A stretch of 64,000 nucleotides of DNA from Thermodesulfobacteriota bacterium (lineage in GTDB: Bacteria; Desulfobacterota; Desulfarculia; JACQYL01). The notes under the pieces are model-generated. The model ran no database searches and was not told where the DNA came from. It saw only the letters and a program-made list of their open reading frames with translations. The stretch lies in the NCBI GenBank assembly GCA_963675595.2, contig CAXXLZ010000002.1:3424001-3488000 (forward strand). Reading direction: 5' to 3'. Positions within the stretch are counted from its first letter, which is position 1; each line of letters starts with the position of its first letter. Shown here one piece after another: positions 8,977-18,699 of the stretch. Position numbers and translations under genes: made by a program.

Positions 8977-11211
8977 ATGAGCCATGGAACCTGTTCGGCT
9001 CTGGACGAACTGGCGGACCTCTGCGGTATCGAACCGCGTTATGAAGACACCTGGGGAAGAGTCCACATCATTTCCGCAGAGATCAAGTCACTCCTTTTGA
9101 ACGCCATGGGCTTTGATACGGGAACGGAAGAAAGCCTTAAGGAAGGCCTGAGGGCGTTGCGCGCGGAACAAGAGGGCGAACCGGCTCCTTCCTTGTTGGT
9201 GGTGACTTCGAATTGCCCGCCCGAACGGCTGGAATTCCGAATACCTTACGGCCTTTCTCGGGAAAACGAGCCGGAACTGATCATCACCATGAGCGGAGAG
9301 GGCGGTTTTAGCAGGGAATCGTTCTATGGGAAGGACGAGGTGGCCCGTGCGGAGCCTTCTCAAGCGTCCGGAGAGTCCTTTGTCTTCTATGGAGTCCCCT
9401 TTCCGGAAGAGCTTCCGGAAGGGAAATATCTCCTGGATATGGAAATTCGTCTGGGGGAGCACCGTCTGTTTCACCGGGCGCACCTGGTCGTTTGTCCGGA
9501 GCGCGCCTACCTGCCCCCGTGTTTTGACAATGGAGGCAGGAAAGCCGGACTGGGCATCGCCCTTTACGGCTTGCGATCGGAAAGGAACTGGGGGGTAGGG
9601 GACCTGACGGACCTGAAGATGCTCATCGACTGGTGCGTCGATGTGTTGGGGGTTTCCACCATCGGTGTGAATCCCATTCATGCCATCCATAATCGCAGAC
9701 CCTACAACATCAGTCCCTACCTACCTCTCAGTCCCGAATATTACAATCTGATCTATCTGGATGTAGAGGCCGTCCCCGATCTGAAAGAGAACCCCATGGC
9801 CGTATCTTTGCTCGAGTCCCCCCAAGTGCAATATCGGCTTAAAGAGCTGAGAGATTCGGAATTCGTGCGCTACGAAGAAGTGGTGAAATTGAAGGCCGAG
9901 TTTCTGGGGTTGGCCTTCGACGCCTTCGAGGCTTTGCCTGCGGAACATCCCCGCAAACGGGCTTTTCAAGAATTCCTGGAACGGGAAGGGGAACGCCTGG
10001 AGGAATTCGCCCTGTTTTTGGCCTTGAATCTGGAATTTCAAGAACTTAAACCTCCGTTGTGGATCTGGCAGGACTGGCCGGAGGAGTTTCAACGCCCCGA
10101 CGCGCCGGGCTCGCGTGAATTCCTTGAAAACCACGGGGTGAAGGTCCGATTTCAAGAATACATTCAATGGGAACTGTCCCGACAGATTCAGGCGGTGGAA
10201 GATTATGCGCATAACAAGGGCCTCTCCCTCGGCCTTTATCACGACTTTCCCTTGGCCATGGATCGTTGCGGCTTCGAAACCTGGGCGTTTTCCCGGGCTT
10301 ATCGCACAGGCGTGCGTGTGGGGGCGCCTCCGGACGGGTTTTCTCCCATGGGGCAGGATTGGGGTTTTCTGCCCATGAATCGGGACTACCTCAGGCGGGA
10401 AGCATACGCCCATTTACTGGGACACTTCCGGAAGAACTGCCGGGCCGATTCCGCTTTGCGCATCGACCACGTAATGCGTTTTTTTCATCTTTACTGGATT
10501 CCCGACGGCAGAACTCCGGCGGACGGTGCTTACGTCACCGAGCACTTCGAGGAGATCCTTCCCCTGTTGGCTTTGGAAAGCGTACGGAGGCGCACCCTGA
10601 TCATCGGTGAAGACCTGGGCACCGTACCGGACTGGATTCGGGAACGACTCCAGGCGTCCAACATCTTCTCCTATCGCCTGATGATGTTCGAGAAGAACTG
10701 GAACGGAGACTTTCTTCCTCCGGAATACTATCCGGAGTCGGCGCTGGTTTCATTTTCCACGCATGATTTGCCCACGTTGGCGGGCTATTTCAAGGCGGCC
10801 GATATCGAGTTAAGGAAGCGACTGAACTTGTTCGTCGAGGAATCGGATTATTTCGAAGCGTTGGAGGAGCGAAAGAGAGACATTGCACGCCTCTTGGACC
10901 GGTTCGGCATGCCGGAACCTCCGGAGAGCGCACCTTTCACGCCCGGCGAGGCGGGCGCGGATTGGCCGACGGAAGAGGTTCAAATGGCGGTAATCGAGTT
11001 TCTCGCCGCGACTCGTTCCCGTCTCGTCCTGCTGAACCAGGAAGACCTTTTCCTGGACGAGCGGCAGCAGAACGTTCCTTCCACCACCCACGAACATATG
11101 AACTGGTCCACCAAAATGAAATATCGCCTCGAAGAACTCTGGTCTCCGAATCTATTGGCGTTGGGGCGAAAGGTCAGGGAGATTCTTGAGCGGACGGGTC
11201 GGACGGTCTGA
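8977..11211 (+). CDS. malQ: 4-alpha-glucanotransferase (amylomaltase, GH77)
   Basis: GVGDLTDL, SPYLP, GAPPD, GQDWG, LRIDH, IGEDLG, STHDLPT. Confidence 0.93.
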   Translation: MSHGTCSALDELADLCGIEPRYEDTWGRVHIISAEIKSLLLNAMGFDTGTEESLKEGLRALRAEQEGEPAPSLLVVTSNCPPERLEFRIPYGLSRENEPELIITMSGEGGFSRESFYGKDEVARAEPSQASGESFVFYGVPFPEELPEGKYLLDMEIRLGEHRLFHRAHLVVCPERAYLPPCFDNGGRKAGLGIALYGLRSERNWGVGDLTDLKMLIDWCVDVLGVSTIGVNPIHAIHNRRPYNISPYLPLSPEYYNLIYLDVEAVPDLKENPMAVSLLESPQVQYRLKELRDSEFVRYEEVVKLKAEFLGLAFDAFEALPAEHPRKRAFQEFLEREGERLEEFALFLALNLEFQELKPPLWIWQDWPEEFQRPDAPGSREFLENHGVKVRFQEYIQWELSRQIQAVEDYAHNKGLSLGLYHDFPLAMDRCGFETWAFSRAYRTGVRVGAPPDGFSPMGQDWGFLPMNRDYLRREAYAHLLGHFRKNCRADSALRIDHVMRFFHLYWIPDGRTPADGAYVTEHFEEILPLLALESVRRRTLIIGEDLGTVPDWIRERLQASNIFSYRLMMFEKNWNGDFLPPEYYPESALVSFSTHDLPTLAGYFKAADIELRKRLNLFVEESDYFEALEERKRDIARLLDRFGMPEPPESAPFTPGEAGADWPTEEVQMAVIEFLAATRSRLVLLNQEDLFLDERQQNVPSTTHEHMNWSTKMKYRLEELWSPNLLALGRKVREILERTGRTV

Positions 11212-11219
11212 TAGGCCGA

Positions 11220-11255
11220 TGAAAGACGGGATCTCTTGCATGCCCTCGTCTTTCA
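11220..11255. terminator. hairpin between convergent malQ and dehydrogenase genes
   Basis: TGAAAGACG ... CGTCTTTCA inverted repeat. Confidence 0.45.
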
Positions 11256-11385
11256 CCGGCCGGCAAACATCCGGCTCTTTCAACGCTTGCAGGAGGCGAG
11301 GTGAGCGTTTTGCATCATGCGGACTCGGGGAGAATGTGGGAAGTCGCCGCAGGGAATTCTCAATAGGAAAATGAGAGATTCCCCT

Positions 11386-13050
11386 TCACGCTTCGGGTTT
11401 TTCGTTGAGAGTGTGCATGCGAGCCGCCTGGACTTCCTTTTTGATCCGATTGACATGTCCCCGCCCCATGCCCTTGAACTCGCATCCCAGCTCGAAGAAC
11501 CGACGAATCTTGTCGTCGGGAAAGATCCCGAAGCAGTCGATGACGGCCAAAGGCCTGCCCGCCATCTCCACCACTTGGTCCGGAGTGAGTTCCAGGTAGG
11601 GTTTGTGCCTGAGCGCGAAGACCACGGCGTCGGCTCCTTCCAGGGTGGGGGCCATTTCTTCCTGCACTTTGAGATTGGCCAAGTCCGCCTGGTTGCGGAA
11701 AAAACGAGCGCGGCTTTGTCCGGTCGCGGGATAGGAGTCCTGCCTCTCGAATTCCCACCAGTGGCTGACATAGGGATCGTGGACTGTGACTTCCCCTCCC
11801 ATTTCCGCCAATTTGCGCACGATGATTTCGCTGCCGCTGTAACGGGTGTCTCCCACGTCTTCGCGATAGGACGCACCCAGGATGGCGATCCTGGCGGCCG
11901 CGACGATTCTTCCCATGTTTCGAAGGGCGTCTCTCACGAGCTGTGCGGCATGGATGGAGCGAGTGTCGTTTATATTGATGACCAGCGGGGTCACTTTGAA
12001 AATGTCGTCCTGGAATCCCATGAGATGCTTATAGGACCACATGCCCAAGCCCCCGTCTTTGGGAAGGCAATAGCCTCCGATGCCGGGGCCGGGAAAAATG
12101 ATGTTGGAATGCGTGGGCCGGATGCGGATCGCTTCGAGGACCTTGATAAGGTCCACTCCGTTGCGTTCGGCAAACACGGACCATTCGTGCACGAATCCGA
12201 GGATGGCGGCCCGATAGGAATTTTCCACAACTTTGCAGGTTTCGCTTTCAATGGGACGGCTGAGAACCGTGAGGGGAAACCGTTCGACGTTGAGCACTTC
12301 GGAAAGGAACCGTTTGACCTTTTCCGTGCTCTCTTCGTTGATCCCGCTGCAGACGCGCCAGAAATCTCTGACGGAGCGCACGTATTCCCGCCCGGGCATG
12401 ACGCGCTCAAAGCTGTGGGCGAGGCAGGGCTCCTCGTTGATTCCCCTTCGTTCGAACTCCTTCTTGACCAGGGGATAAGCGATATATTCCGTTGTACCGG
12501 GAGCCACGGTGGTTTCGATGAGCACCATACACTTCGGTGGGATGTGTCGGCCTATGATCCGGAAGGCGTCTTCGAGATCGGACATTTCCACCCTGCCTGA
12601 AGCCACGTTCCCCAGTTCCTCTTTGAGATAGTCGCATTGGATGTCCACCACCACCACGTCGGCGAGTTTCAAGGCGTCGTAGGTGAAAGTGGCGATGAGC
12701 GTCCGCCTTTTCAGTACGGTTCGCTGAATGATTTCGTTCACCTCCGGGTCTTCCGCGGACACGGGCGGCAATCCCCGGTTCAGGTAATGAATTTTCCAGA
12801 AACTGCGGGTGCTTGGACGCTGCATGCCGATAACGAATTTGGTCGGTGCTCCCGTATCCGGATTCGTGGTGTCCGCCACGACTGCGGCCATGACCACTCC
12901 CACGAAACCGATGCCCATCACCACGACGATTTCGCGGCCCGCTTCCCGTTCCTTCCGCACCCGTTCTTCCAGGACATGGAACTCTTTGTCGTAGTCTCCC
13001 TCGGCGGGCAAGACAAACCGTTCTCCGTCGGGACTAATGGAATATTCCAT
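11386..13050 (-). CDS. nucleotide-sugar dehydrogenase (UDP-glucose/GDP-mannose dehydrogenase family)
   Basis: GIGFVG NAD motif, ETTVAPGTT, ERVMPG, KVVENSYR, GGYCLPKD catalytic Cys; start at MEYSIS chosen by RBS (alternative 13068). Confidence 0.9.
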   Translation of the reverse strand: MEYSISPDGERFVLPAEGDYDKEFHVLEERVRKEREAGREIVVVMGIGFVGVVMAAVVADTTNPDTGAPTKFVIGMQRPSTRSFWKIHYLNRGLPPVSAEDPEVNEIIQRTVLKRRTLIATFTYDALKLADVVVVDIQCDYLKEELGNVASGRVEMSDLEDAFRIIGRHIPPKCMVLIETTVAPGTTEYIAYPLVKKEFERRGINEEPCLAHSFERVMPGREYVRSVRDFWRVCSGINEESTEKVKRFLSEVLNVERFPLTVLSRPIESETCKVVENSYRAAILGFVHEWSVFAERNGVDLIKVLEAIRIRPTHSNIIFPGPGIGGYCLPKDGGLGMWSYKHLMGFQDDIFKVTPLVININDTRSIHAAQLVRDALRNMGRIVAAARIAILGASYREDVGDTRYSGSEIIVRKLAEMGGEVTVHDPYVSHWWEFERQDSYPATGQSRARFFRNQADLANLKVQEEMAPTLEGADAVVFALRHKPYLELTPDQVVEMAGRPLAVIDCFGIFPDDKIRRFFELGCEFKGMGRGHVNRIKKEVQAARMHTLNEKPEA

Positions 13051-13339
13051 AATCTTCTCCAATTGCATGAGTTGAAGGCTTCAACGGATGATCCCCGCCG
13101 TACCCTGCCCTTGTCCTGGGAAAAGGAAAGGACTTCGAAGAATTGGGCTTTTACATAGCCGGTTCGGTTCCGGATTGCAACAGGGTTCCGGGCTGCGGGC
13201 AACGCCGCGGGGGGTTACAATTATGGAAAACGTGTCCTAATCTTCTGAGAACGAAAGCGTAATTCTAAACACATTGAGGACTCCCTGCTTATTTTGCGGG
13301 CGACCTGCCTATGTCTTCAGTCGATATAAACCGCTCTGA

Positions 13340-13352
13340 AATCAACTTGTTA
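13340..13352 (+). promoter_or_regulatory. IHF binding site
   Basis: AATCAACTTGTTA matches WATCAANNNNTTR exactly, ~40 bp upstream of a sigma54 promoter. Confidence 0.65.
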
Positions 13353-13391
13353 TAATTATGCGGGGTGCGGCGGGCGAACCGTGCTGTCTAT

Positions 13392-13407
13392 TGGCCCGCA
13401 GTTTGCA
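13392..13407 (+). promoter_or_regulatory. sigma54 (-24/-12) promoter
   Basis: TGGCCCG-CAGT-TTGCA vs consensus TGGCACG-N4-TTGCW; GG-N10-GC spacing correct. Confidence 0.75.
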
Positions 13408-13417
13408 TTACAGTAAG

Positions 13418-13597
13418 GGCGGTTGCTTTGATACGGATGCCGCCTTATCCCATCGAAGAACCGCAGAACGTATACGGCAAGGATATGCGGTTCACATGCT
13501 TACCGGACCCTGAAACGGCGGCGTTCCCACAGATCGGATCATTACCCCAAACCCCTCCCCATAGAGCTCGGGCTACGGCCCGAGCTCATTATTTTTT
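13418..13597 (+). ncRNA. candidate sigma54-dependent small regulatory RNA (~180 nt)
   Basis: Predicted +1 coincides with the first stem (GGGCGGT/GCCGCCT); second stem GAACCGCA/TGCGGTTC; C-rich tract ACCCCAAACCCCTCCCC; intrinsic terminator; no convincing ORF. Confidence 0.65.
13564..13597 (+). terminator. rho-independent terminator
   Basis: GAGCTCGGGC-TACG-GCCCGAGCTC perfect 10-bp stem with cUACGg loop, followed by ATTATTTTTT. Confidence 0.85.
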
Positions 13598-13700
13598 CAC
13601 GGACCTCCACCGACGGTTTTCTTGAGGCGGTTTGCTTCGCATCTCGAGTCCGAATATGATAGCCTACTCCCCGACAAGGGAACAAGGAGGGCTTTGCGGG

Positions 13701-14336
13701 ATGGCCGTTGGGAAAAGACCGCCGGAATTCGCTTCTTATCTGGACCTTCGGTCGGAGGTGGACCGACTGTTCGATGAGGTACAAACCCGGCATCCAGATC
13801 TAGTTCAATGCCGTGCGGGTTGTGACGACTGCTGTTATGCGCTGTTTCAGCTCACCTACGTGGAAGCGGCCTACATTCATGAGGCTTTTCAGCGGACGCT
13901 GCAAAGAAGGGAGCGTCGCCCGCTGTTGCGCAAAGCCGAGAAAGCCGAGGAGCAGTGGACAAAGCTGGTATCGGAATCCGCCGCTTCTCGAGAAGCGGGA
14001 GGCGCGGTGCTGAATCCGGGTCGAATCCGCATCGAATGTCCTCTTCATGTGGAAGGTCGCTGCATTCTGTACGCGGAGCGTCCGGTGACCTGCCGATTGT
14101 ATGGGATTCCTACCGTGGTGGGAGGCAAAGGCGTGACGTGCGGCAAGTCCGGTTTCCTTCCCGGTGCTTCCTACCCCACGGTGAATCTGGACCGAATCCA
14201 GCAGAAACTATTTGTTTTCTCCCGGGAAATGGTCTTGAATATAGGAAACCCGGCTTGGGGCGGCCGGACGGTCACCATGGCCCGGACGCTCCTGGGAAAG
14301 TTCGGAGCCGGATTTTCCGAAACACCGATCGATTAG
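13701..14336 (+). CDS. YkgJ-family cysteine-cluster (CxxCxxCC) protein
   Basis: CRAGCDDCC, CPL....CILYAERPVTCRLYG; AAGGAGG RBS. Confidence 0.85.
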   Translation: MAVGKRPPEFASYLDLRSEVDRLFDEVQTRHPDLVQCRAGCDDCCYALFQLTYVEAAYIHEAFQRTLQRRERRPLLRKAEKAEEQWTKLVSESAASREAGGAVLNPGRIRIECPLHVEGRCILYAERPVTCRLYGIPTVVGGKGVTCGKSGFLPGASYPTVNLDRIQQKLFVFSREMVLNIGNPAWGGRTVTMARTLLGKFGAGFSETPID

Positions 14337-14355
14337 CGGCACACAGGAGGTCAAC

Positions 14356-14769
14356 ATGGAGATGGATCGCAAACAGCTCATGGAAATGTTCAACAAACAA
14401 CCCAGAATCGGAACCTTGAGCACGGCGGACTCCGAGGGCAACGTGAATGTGGCGGTCTTTGGAAGCCCCCATATGATCGACGAAAACACGGTGGCCATGG
14501 GCATCGGCGATAACCGCTCGCTGAAATACCTCAAAGAAAATCCCAAGGCGGTGTTCATCGTTATGGAACCGGGAAAGACCTTGCCGGAATGGAAAGGCGT
14601 CAGGGTCTATCTCGAGATGTCGGAATTGGAAACGATGGGCCCCTTTTTCGAACAAATCGTCATGGCGATTAAGCATGCCGTGGGAGAAGGCGCTTCCAAG
14701 ATGATCAAAGCGGCCGTCAGGTTCAAGATCACCTCCGTTCGACCTCTCGTGGATATGGGCGGAAAGTAG
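14356..14769 (+). CDS. pyridoxamine 5'-phosphate oxidase-like FMN-binding protein
   Basis: LSTADSEGNVNVAVFGSP, LKENPKA, GVRVYL; AGGAGG RBS. Confidence 0.82.
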   Translation: MEMDRKQLMEMFNKQPRIGTLSTADSEGNVNVAVFGSPHMIDENTVAMGIGDNRSLKYLKENPKAVFIVMEPGKTLPEWKGVRVYLEMSELETMGPFFEQIVMAIKHAVGEGASKMIKAAVRFKITSVRPLVDMGGK

Positions 14770-14778
14770 CCCTTTTTC

Positions 14779-14805
14779 GGGAGAGGCCCATTCTTTGCCT
14801 CTCCC
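14779..14805. terminator. hairpin between convergent genes
   Basis: GGGAGAGGC ... GCCTCTCCC 9-bp stem. Confidence 0.5.
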
Positions 14806-14810
14806 ATCCC

Positions 14811-17399
14811 TCATTTTGTGGGAGGATCGGTCGAATTCGACTCCCCGATATGTTGATTTTCCTCTCCTTTTTTTCTTTCCGCCCCGGACTCCGGAGACAG
14901 ACTTCCTGAACGAATGTGCAGATCTCGCTGAGGAAAGGGAATGCTGATGTCTCTTTCCGCGAAAAGGCGGTTGATTTCGAATCGAATATCCGTCTCCGTG
15001 GAGAGACTGTATTCAACCGTGGTCCAGAAACGAAGCCGAAAGTTCAATGCACTGTCCCCGAAATCGGTGAACAGCACATCCGGTTGAGGTGACGCCAGGA
15101 CGCGCGAGTGGTTTTCCGCGGCTTCGATAAGCGTTTTTCGCACCAGTTCCACGTCGGAGCCGTAAGCCACTCCCACGTTGATATGACGACGGAGACGCAT
15201 ATCCCGATAACTCCAGTTCACTACTTGGTTGGTGATGAACTCGGAGTTGGGAATAATGAGAGAAGCATTGTCCCAGGTTTGAACCAGGGTGGACCGTACA
15301 TTGATCTTCTTGACGACTCCCCAGGTTCCGTTGAGTTCCACCGCATCTCCCACCTGGATGGGGCGTTCCAACAGCAGGATCAGGCCGCTCACGAAGTTGT
15401 TGAATATGGTCTGCAGGCCGAAGCCCAGCCCGATCCCCAAGGCTCCGAACCCGACGAACAGGGACGTGGAGCTGAATCCAACCACGTTTAGAGCGAACAG
15501 AATCCCGAATACCCAGAACGCGTACACGGTCACCGTGGCGATGGACTCCCGAATGCCCAGTTTCAGGCCGCTGTCCGCCAGCAGGCGGTCTTGGAGTATC
15601 TGACGCCACAGACGGGTGGCGGTATGCGTGATCAGAAGCACGACCAAGGCGAAGCCGATACTGAGGAGAGTGAAATGAAGCTTCCCGATGGAAACAGGAT
15701 AGGTCAGAGCGGACAGGAGACCGAAAAATACGGCTCTTCGGGCACCCCAAGCGAAGAGCAGTCCCACCACCAGAGCCGCGAACCAGCCGGCCCAGGATAT
15801 ACGAATGACGAGCCAGCCTAAGGGACGAGCCTGGGAGGTATCCTCGCTCACCTCGGACATCTTTTGGTGGAAGGCGACGTCCGCTTCTCTCAGCATGACC
15901 ACGGCGAGACAAGCCCAGAACACCACCACAAAGGAGCGACCCCAGGAGACAAGCCAGAATGTGGCCAGAGTGCCGTACCCCCCCAGATCGAGCAGAATCG
16001 CTATCGAGACGGCGAAATATCCAAGCAAGGCACACAGCTTCGCCGTCCTGAGGAAAAAAGTCGGTATTTCCTTAACGAAGTCCGGCGGTTTCCTCCAAAT
16101 TCCCATGAACCTGTAGATGCCCGTCAACAACATGGCGTCGAAGGCCAGGCGAATCCAGGGAAGCAGTATGCCGGACCCGCCGATACCGGCTTTGGCCGCC
16201 ATATAGGCAATGGCGAAGACGCGTACCACGTAGGCAAGGGGACGGATGGAAGCTTTTCGGGCTGCGGGCGATTCGGGTTCGGATTGTCGTCGGAGTCTTT
16301 TCGAAAATGCGATAAGCCATCCGGTGGCCAGCCAAGCACCGCCACCCTGTATGAGAGAGTAGATGAATGGAACGCTTTCGTAGAGTTCTTGCCATTGAGC
16401 GTATGCATAAAGGAGGAGGAGCGCAGCCAAAAGCCAGAAGGACCTGCAGAGAATCTCCAAAGCCATCCGGGTCCAGGGAAGCGCATCGAACTTCGGATCT
16501 TCCAGTCCGTCGTGAATTCGTTTCTGCAAGCGGATTACAAGAATCAGTGAAACACAGAAGACCAGGAGAAAGACGGTGTGCAGGGTGGTTTCAGTGCGCC
16601 AAAGGATCGAAATCTGACGAAACCGAAAGAAATCTTCGGGGGACTTGAGGAGCTGGGCTCCGAGCCCTTCAAGTTCCTCCATCAGCATTGACCGTCCAGC
16701 CTTTTGCAGGGGGCCGTTGGAACGATGGAAAAGTCCCTCCTGCTTCTCTTCGTTGATCCGTTCCTCGTATTTCGTCTGAAGCTTTTCGAAGCCGGCCCGC
16801 AGGTCTTTGAGTCGCTTCTCCCGATGAGCGTAGATGTCGCTCAGTTTCTTGAGAACGGCGAGTTTTTTTTCGACCAGCCCACGAAGTTGGTTCAGGGACT
16901 TCAGGAGGTCGTTTTTCACGTCCTTTCCGAGGCTTTTGGAGCGCAGGTCGGCCTCCTGATTTCGGATCAGGCCCAGCTGTTCCTCGGTGGAATTCACCTG
17001 TTCCGCCACCGTTGTCAGCTTGTCTTCCATATCCTGATAACGGTCGGAAACCAGCGCGAGGGTTGCGGTGTGTATACCGAGAATCCGGCGCAGGTCCTCC
17101 GGCCGGCCGGCCGGGAGATGCAGCATGTTCTCGTGCACGGAGAGCTGAGTCCTCCAATCGGCAAGCTCTTCCTGAAATTCTTCTCCGGAAGCCTCAGCCT
17201 TGTCCAATTGAGTGTGAAGCGGCTTGAGCGTGCCGCTTTCCGACCGAATGGAATCCTGTACCGACTGGGCCAGCTCGGTGTAAACCGTATGGTCGGCGGG
17301 AGACGAGGATGCCTTGTCTTCGGCCGCGGCCGATGGGTGGAAAAACGGCAAAGAAAACCATAGGAGCAGCAAAAACAGGACGGTAAGTCTTCCGCCCAT
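14811..17399 (-). CDS. large MscS-family mechanosensitive channel (MscK-like, signal peptide plus coiled-coil periplasmic domain)
   Basis: GALGIGLGFGLQ, NFVSGLILLLERPIQVGD, IPNS, VGVAYGSD, IPFPQRDLH. Confidence 0.9.
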   Translation of the reverse strand: MGGRLTVLFLLLLWFSLPFFHPSAAAEDKASSSPADHTVYTELAQSVQDSIRSESGTLKPLHTQLDKAEASGEEFQEELADWRTQLSVHENMLHLPAGRPEDLRRILGIHTATLALVSDRYQDMEDKLTTVAEQVNSTEEQLGLIRNQEADLRSKSLGKDVKNDLLKSLNQLRGLVEKKLAVLKKLSDIYAHREKRLKDLRAGFEKLQTKYEERINEEKQEGLFHRSNGPLQKAGRSMLMEELEGLGAQLLKSPEDFFRFRQISILWRTETTLHTVFLLVFCVSLILVIRLQKRIHDGLEDPKFDALPWTRMALEILCRSFWLLAALLLLYAYAQWQELYESVPFIYSLIQGGGAWLATGWLIAFSKRLRRQSEPESPAARKASIRPLAYVVRVFAIAYMAAKAGIGGSGILLPWIRLAFDAMLLTGIYRFMGIWRKPPDFVKEIPTFFLRTAKLCALLGYFAVSIAILLDLGGYGTLATFWLVSWGRSFVVVFWACLAVVMLREADVAFHQKMSEVSEDTSQARPLGWLVIRISWAGWFAALVVGLLFAWGARRAVFFGLLSALTYPVSIGKLHFTLLSIGFALVVLLITHTATRLWRQILQDRLLADSGLKLGIRESIATVTVYAFWVFGILFALNVVGFSSTSLFVGFGALGIGLGFGLQTIFNNFVSGLILLLERPIQVGDAVELNGTWGVVKKINVRSTLVQTWDNASLIIPNSEFITNQVVNWSYRDMRLRRHINVGVAYGSDVELVRKTLIEAAENHSRVLASPQPDVLFTDFGDSALNFRLRFWTTVEYSLSTETDIRFEINRLFAERDISIPFPQRDLHIRSGSLSPESGAERKKGEENQHIGESNSTDPPTK

Positions 17400-17440
17400 C
17401 GTTCCCCCTCTGTGGAAACGGCAACGATGCATTACGGGAA

Positions 17441-18505
17441 TCAGAACCATCTCCTTTTCTTGAAAAAGTACAGCATAGTACCGCTGATGGCGACGATCAG
17501 CGTCCAGACTCCGAAATATCCCCACTTCCAGTCGAGTTCGGGCATGTATTTGAAATTCATTCCGTAAATGCCGGCAATAAAGCTGAGGGGAATGAAAATC
17601 GTGGCGATAATGGTCAGTACCTTCATGACTTCGTTGAGCCGGTTGCTCGCTGCTGAGAGATAGACGGAAAGGAGTTCGGAAATCAGCTCCCTGGAAACCT
17701 CGATGGTTTCCAAAGTATGAACGGCATGGTCGTAAAGGTCCCTGAGATACACACGAGTGGAGTCCTGGAAAAGTTCGTTCTCCATTCTTTGGACTTCACT
17801 CACCATGTCTCGAACAGGCCAAATGAGCTTATGAAGGATCAGGCTTTTTCGCTTCAGACCGTAAATCTTCGACAGAGTGTCCTGGGCGATTTCCGACATG
17901 ACTTCCTCTTCAAGTTCCTCGATCTGACGGCCGAACACTCCCATTAAATGGAAATACTGGTCTACCAGGAGGTCCATTAAGGCATAAGCCAAGTAGTCGG
18001 TACCCAGGCGACGGAATCTGCCCTTGGGATTCCCGAGTCTCCGGCGAACGCCCCTGAAGAGGTCTTCACCACTTTCCTGAAATGAAATCAAATAGTTGGA
18101 TCCAAAAACAATGCTCACCTGCTCGATAACGAGCTTGTCGCCGTCGGGCTCCATACCCAAAGATTTGAGGACGATGAACACGCAATCCTCATAGTCCTCG
18201 ATTTTTGGCCGCTGCTCCGTATTCAGGATATCTTCCAGAATCAGGGGATGAACACCGTAATGGCGCCCCAGCGCCTCCACGACGGCCATGTCGTGTACAC
18301 CCTGGACTCTCACCCAGGTTACGGCTGCCTCGCCCGGAAGTTCACAGCAACTCTCGACGCCGATGTCCTCCCGCTCTTCCATGATGTCGCCGTTGTATCT
18401 CGTAACGGAAATGATGGGCCGTTCCGTTTTCGGCGCACCCACATAAAGGAGAGTGCCGGGCGGCAAGCCGACTTTATTTGCCTGTTTCGTGGAAAATGTT
18501 CTCAT
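17441..18505 (-). CDS. corA: magnesium/cobalt transporter CorA
   Basis: GLPPGTL, YGMNF and MPEL signature, two C-terminal TM helices. Confidence 0.96.
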   Translation of the reverse strand: MRTFSTKQANKVGLPPGTLLYVGAPKTERPIISVTRYNGDIMEEREDIGVESCCELPGEAAVTWVRVQGVHDMAVVEALGRHYGVHPLILEDILNTEQRPKIEDYEDCVFIVLKSLGMEPDGDKLVIEQVSIVFGSNYLISFQESGEDLFRGVRRRLGNPKGRFRRLGTDYLAYALMDLLVDQYFHLMGVFGRQIEELEEEVMSEIAQDTLSKIYGLKRKSLILHKLIWPVRDMVSEVQRMENELFQDSTRVYLRDLYDHAVHTLETIEVSRELISELLSVYLSAASNRLNEVMKVLTIIATIFIPLSFIAGIYGMNFKYMPELDWKWGYFGVWTLIVAISGTMLYFFKKRRWF

Positions 18506-18699
18506 CCGGTAATAATCTCCACAGGGCCCGATAGATTCGTCGAATCACCAATATGGAATCGTGATCGTGTTTCGTTCGACGGCGATTGAATCTCTCCAAA
18601 ATACAAAAAGGATCGTCTCCTGGCAAGAAACGATCCTCATTCCTCGGAAGAAGCGCCTCCGGCGCCGAAGTGGTCGGACGTCGGGTAGACGTTTGTCGC

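Noticed and set aside
11317-12600. 427-aa plus-strand ORF
   Set aside because: Antisense shadow of the nucleotide-sugar dehydrogenase; no motifs
13365-13625. 86-aa ORF across the sRNA candidate
   Set aside because: Starts upstream of the sigma54 promoter, runs through the terminator, has no RBS and no protein-like features
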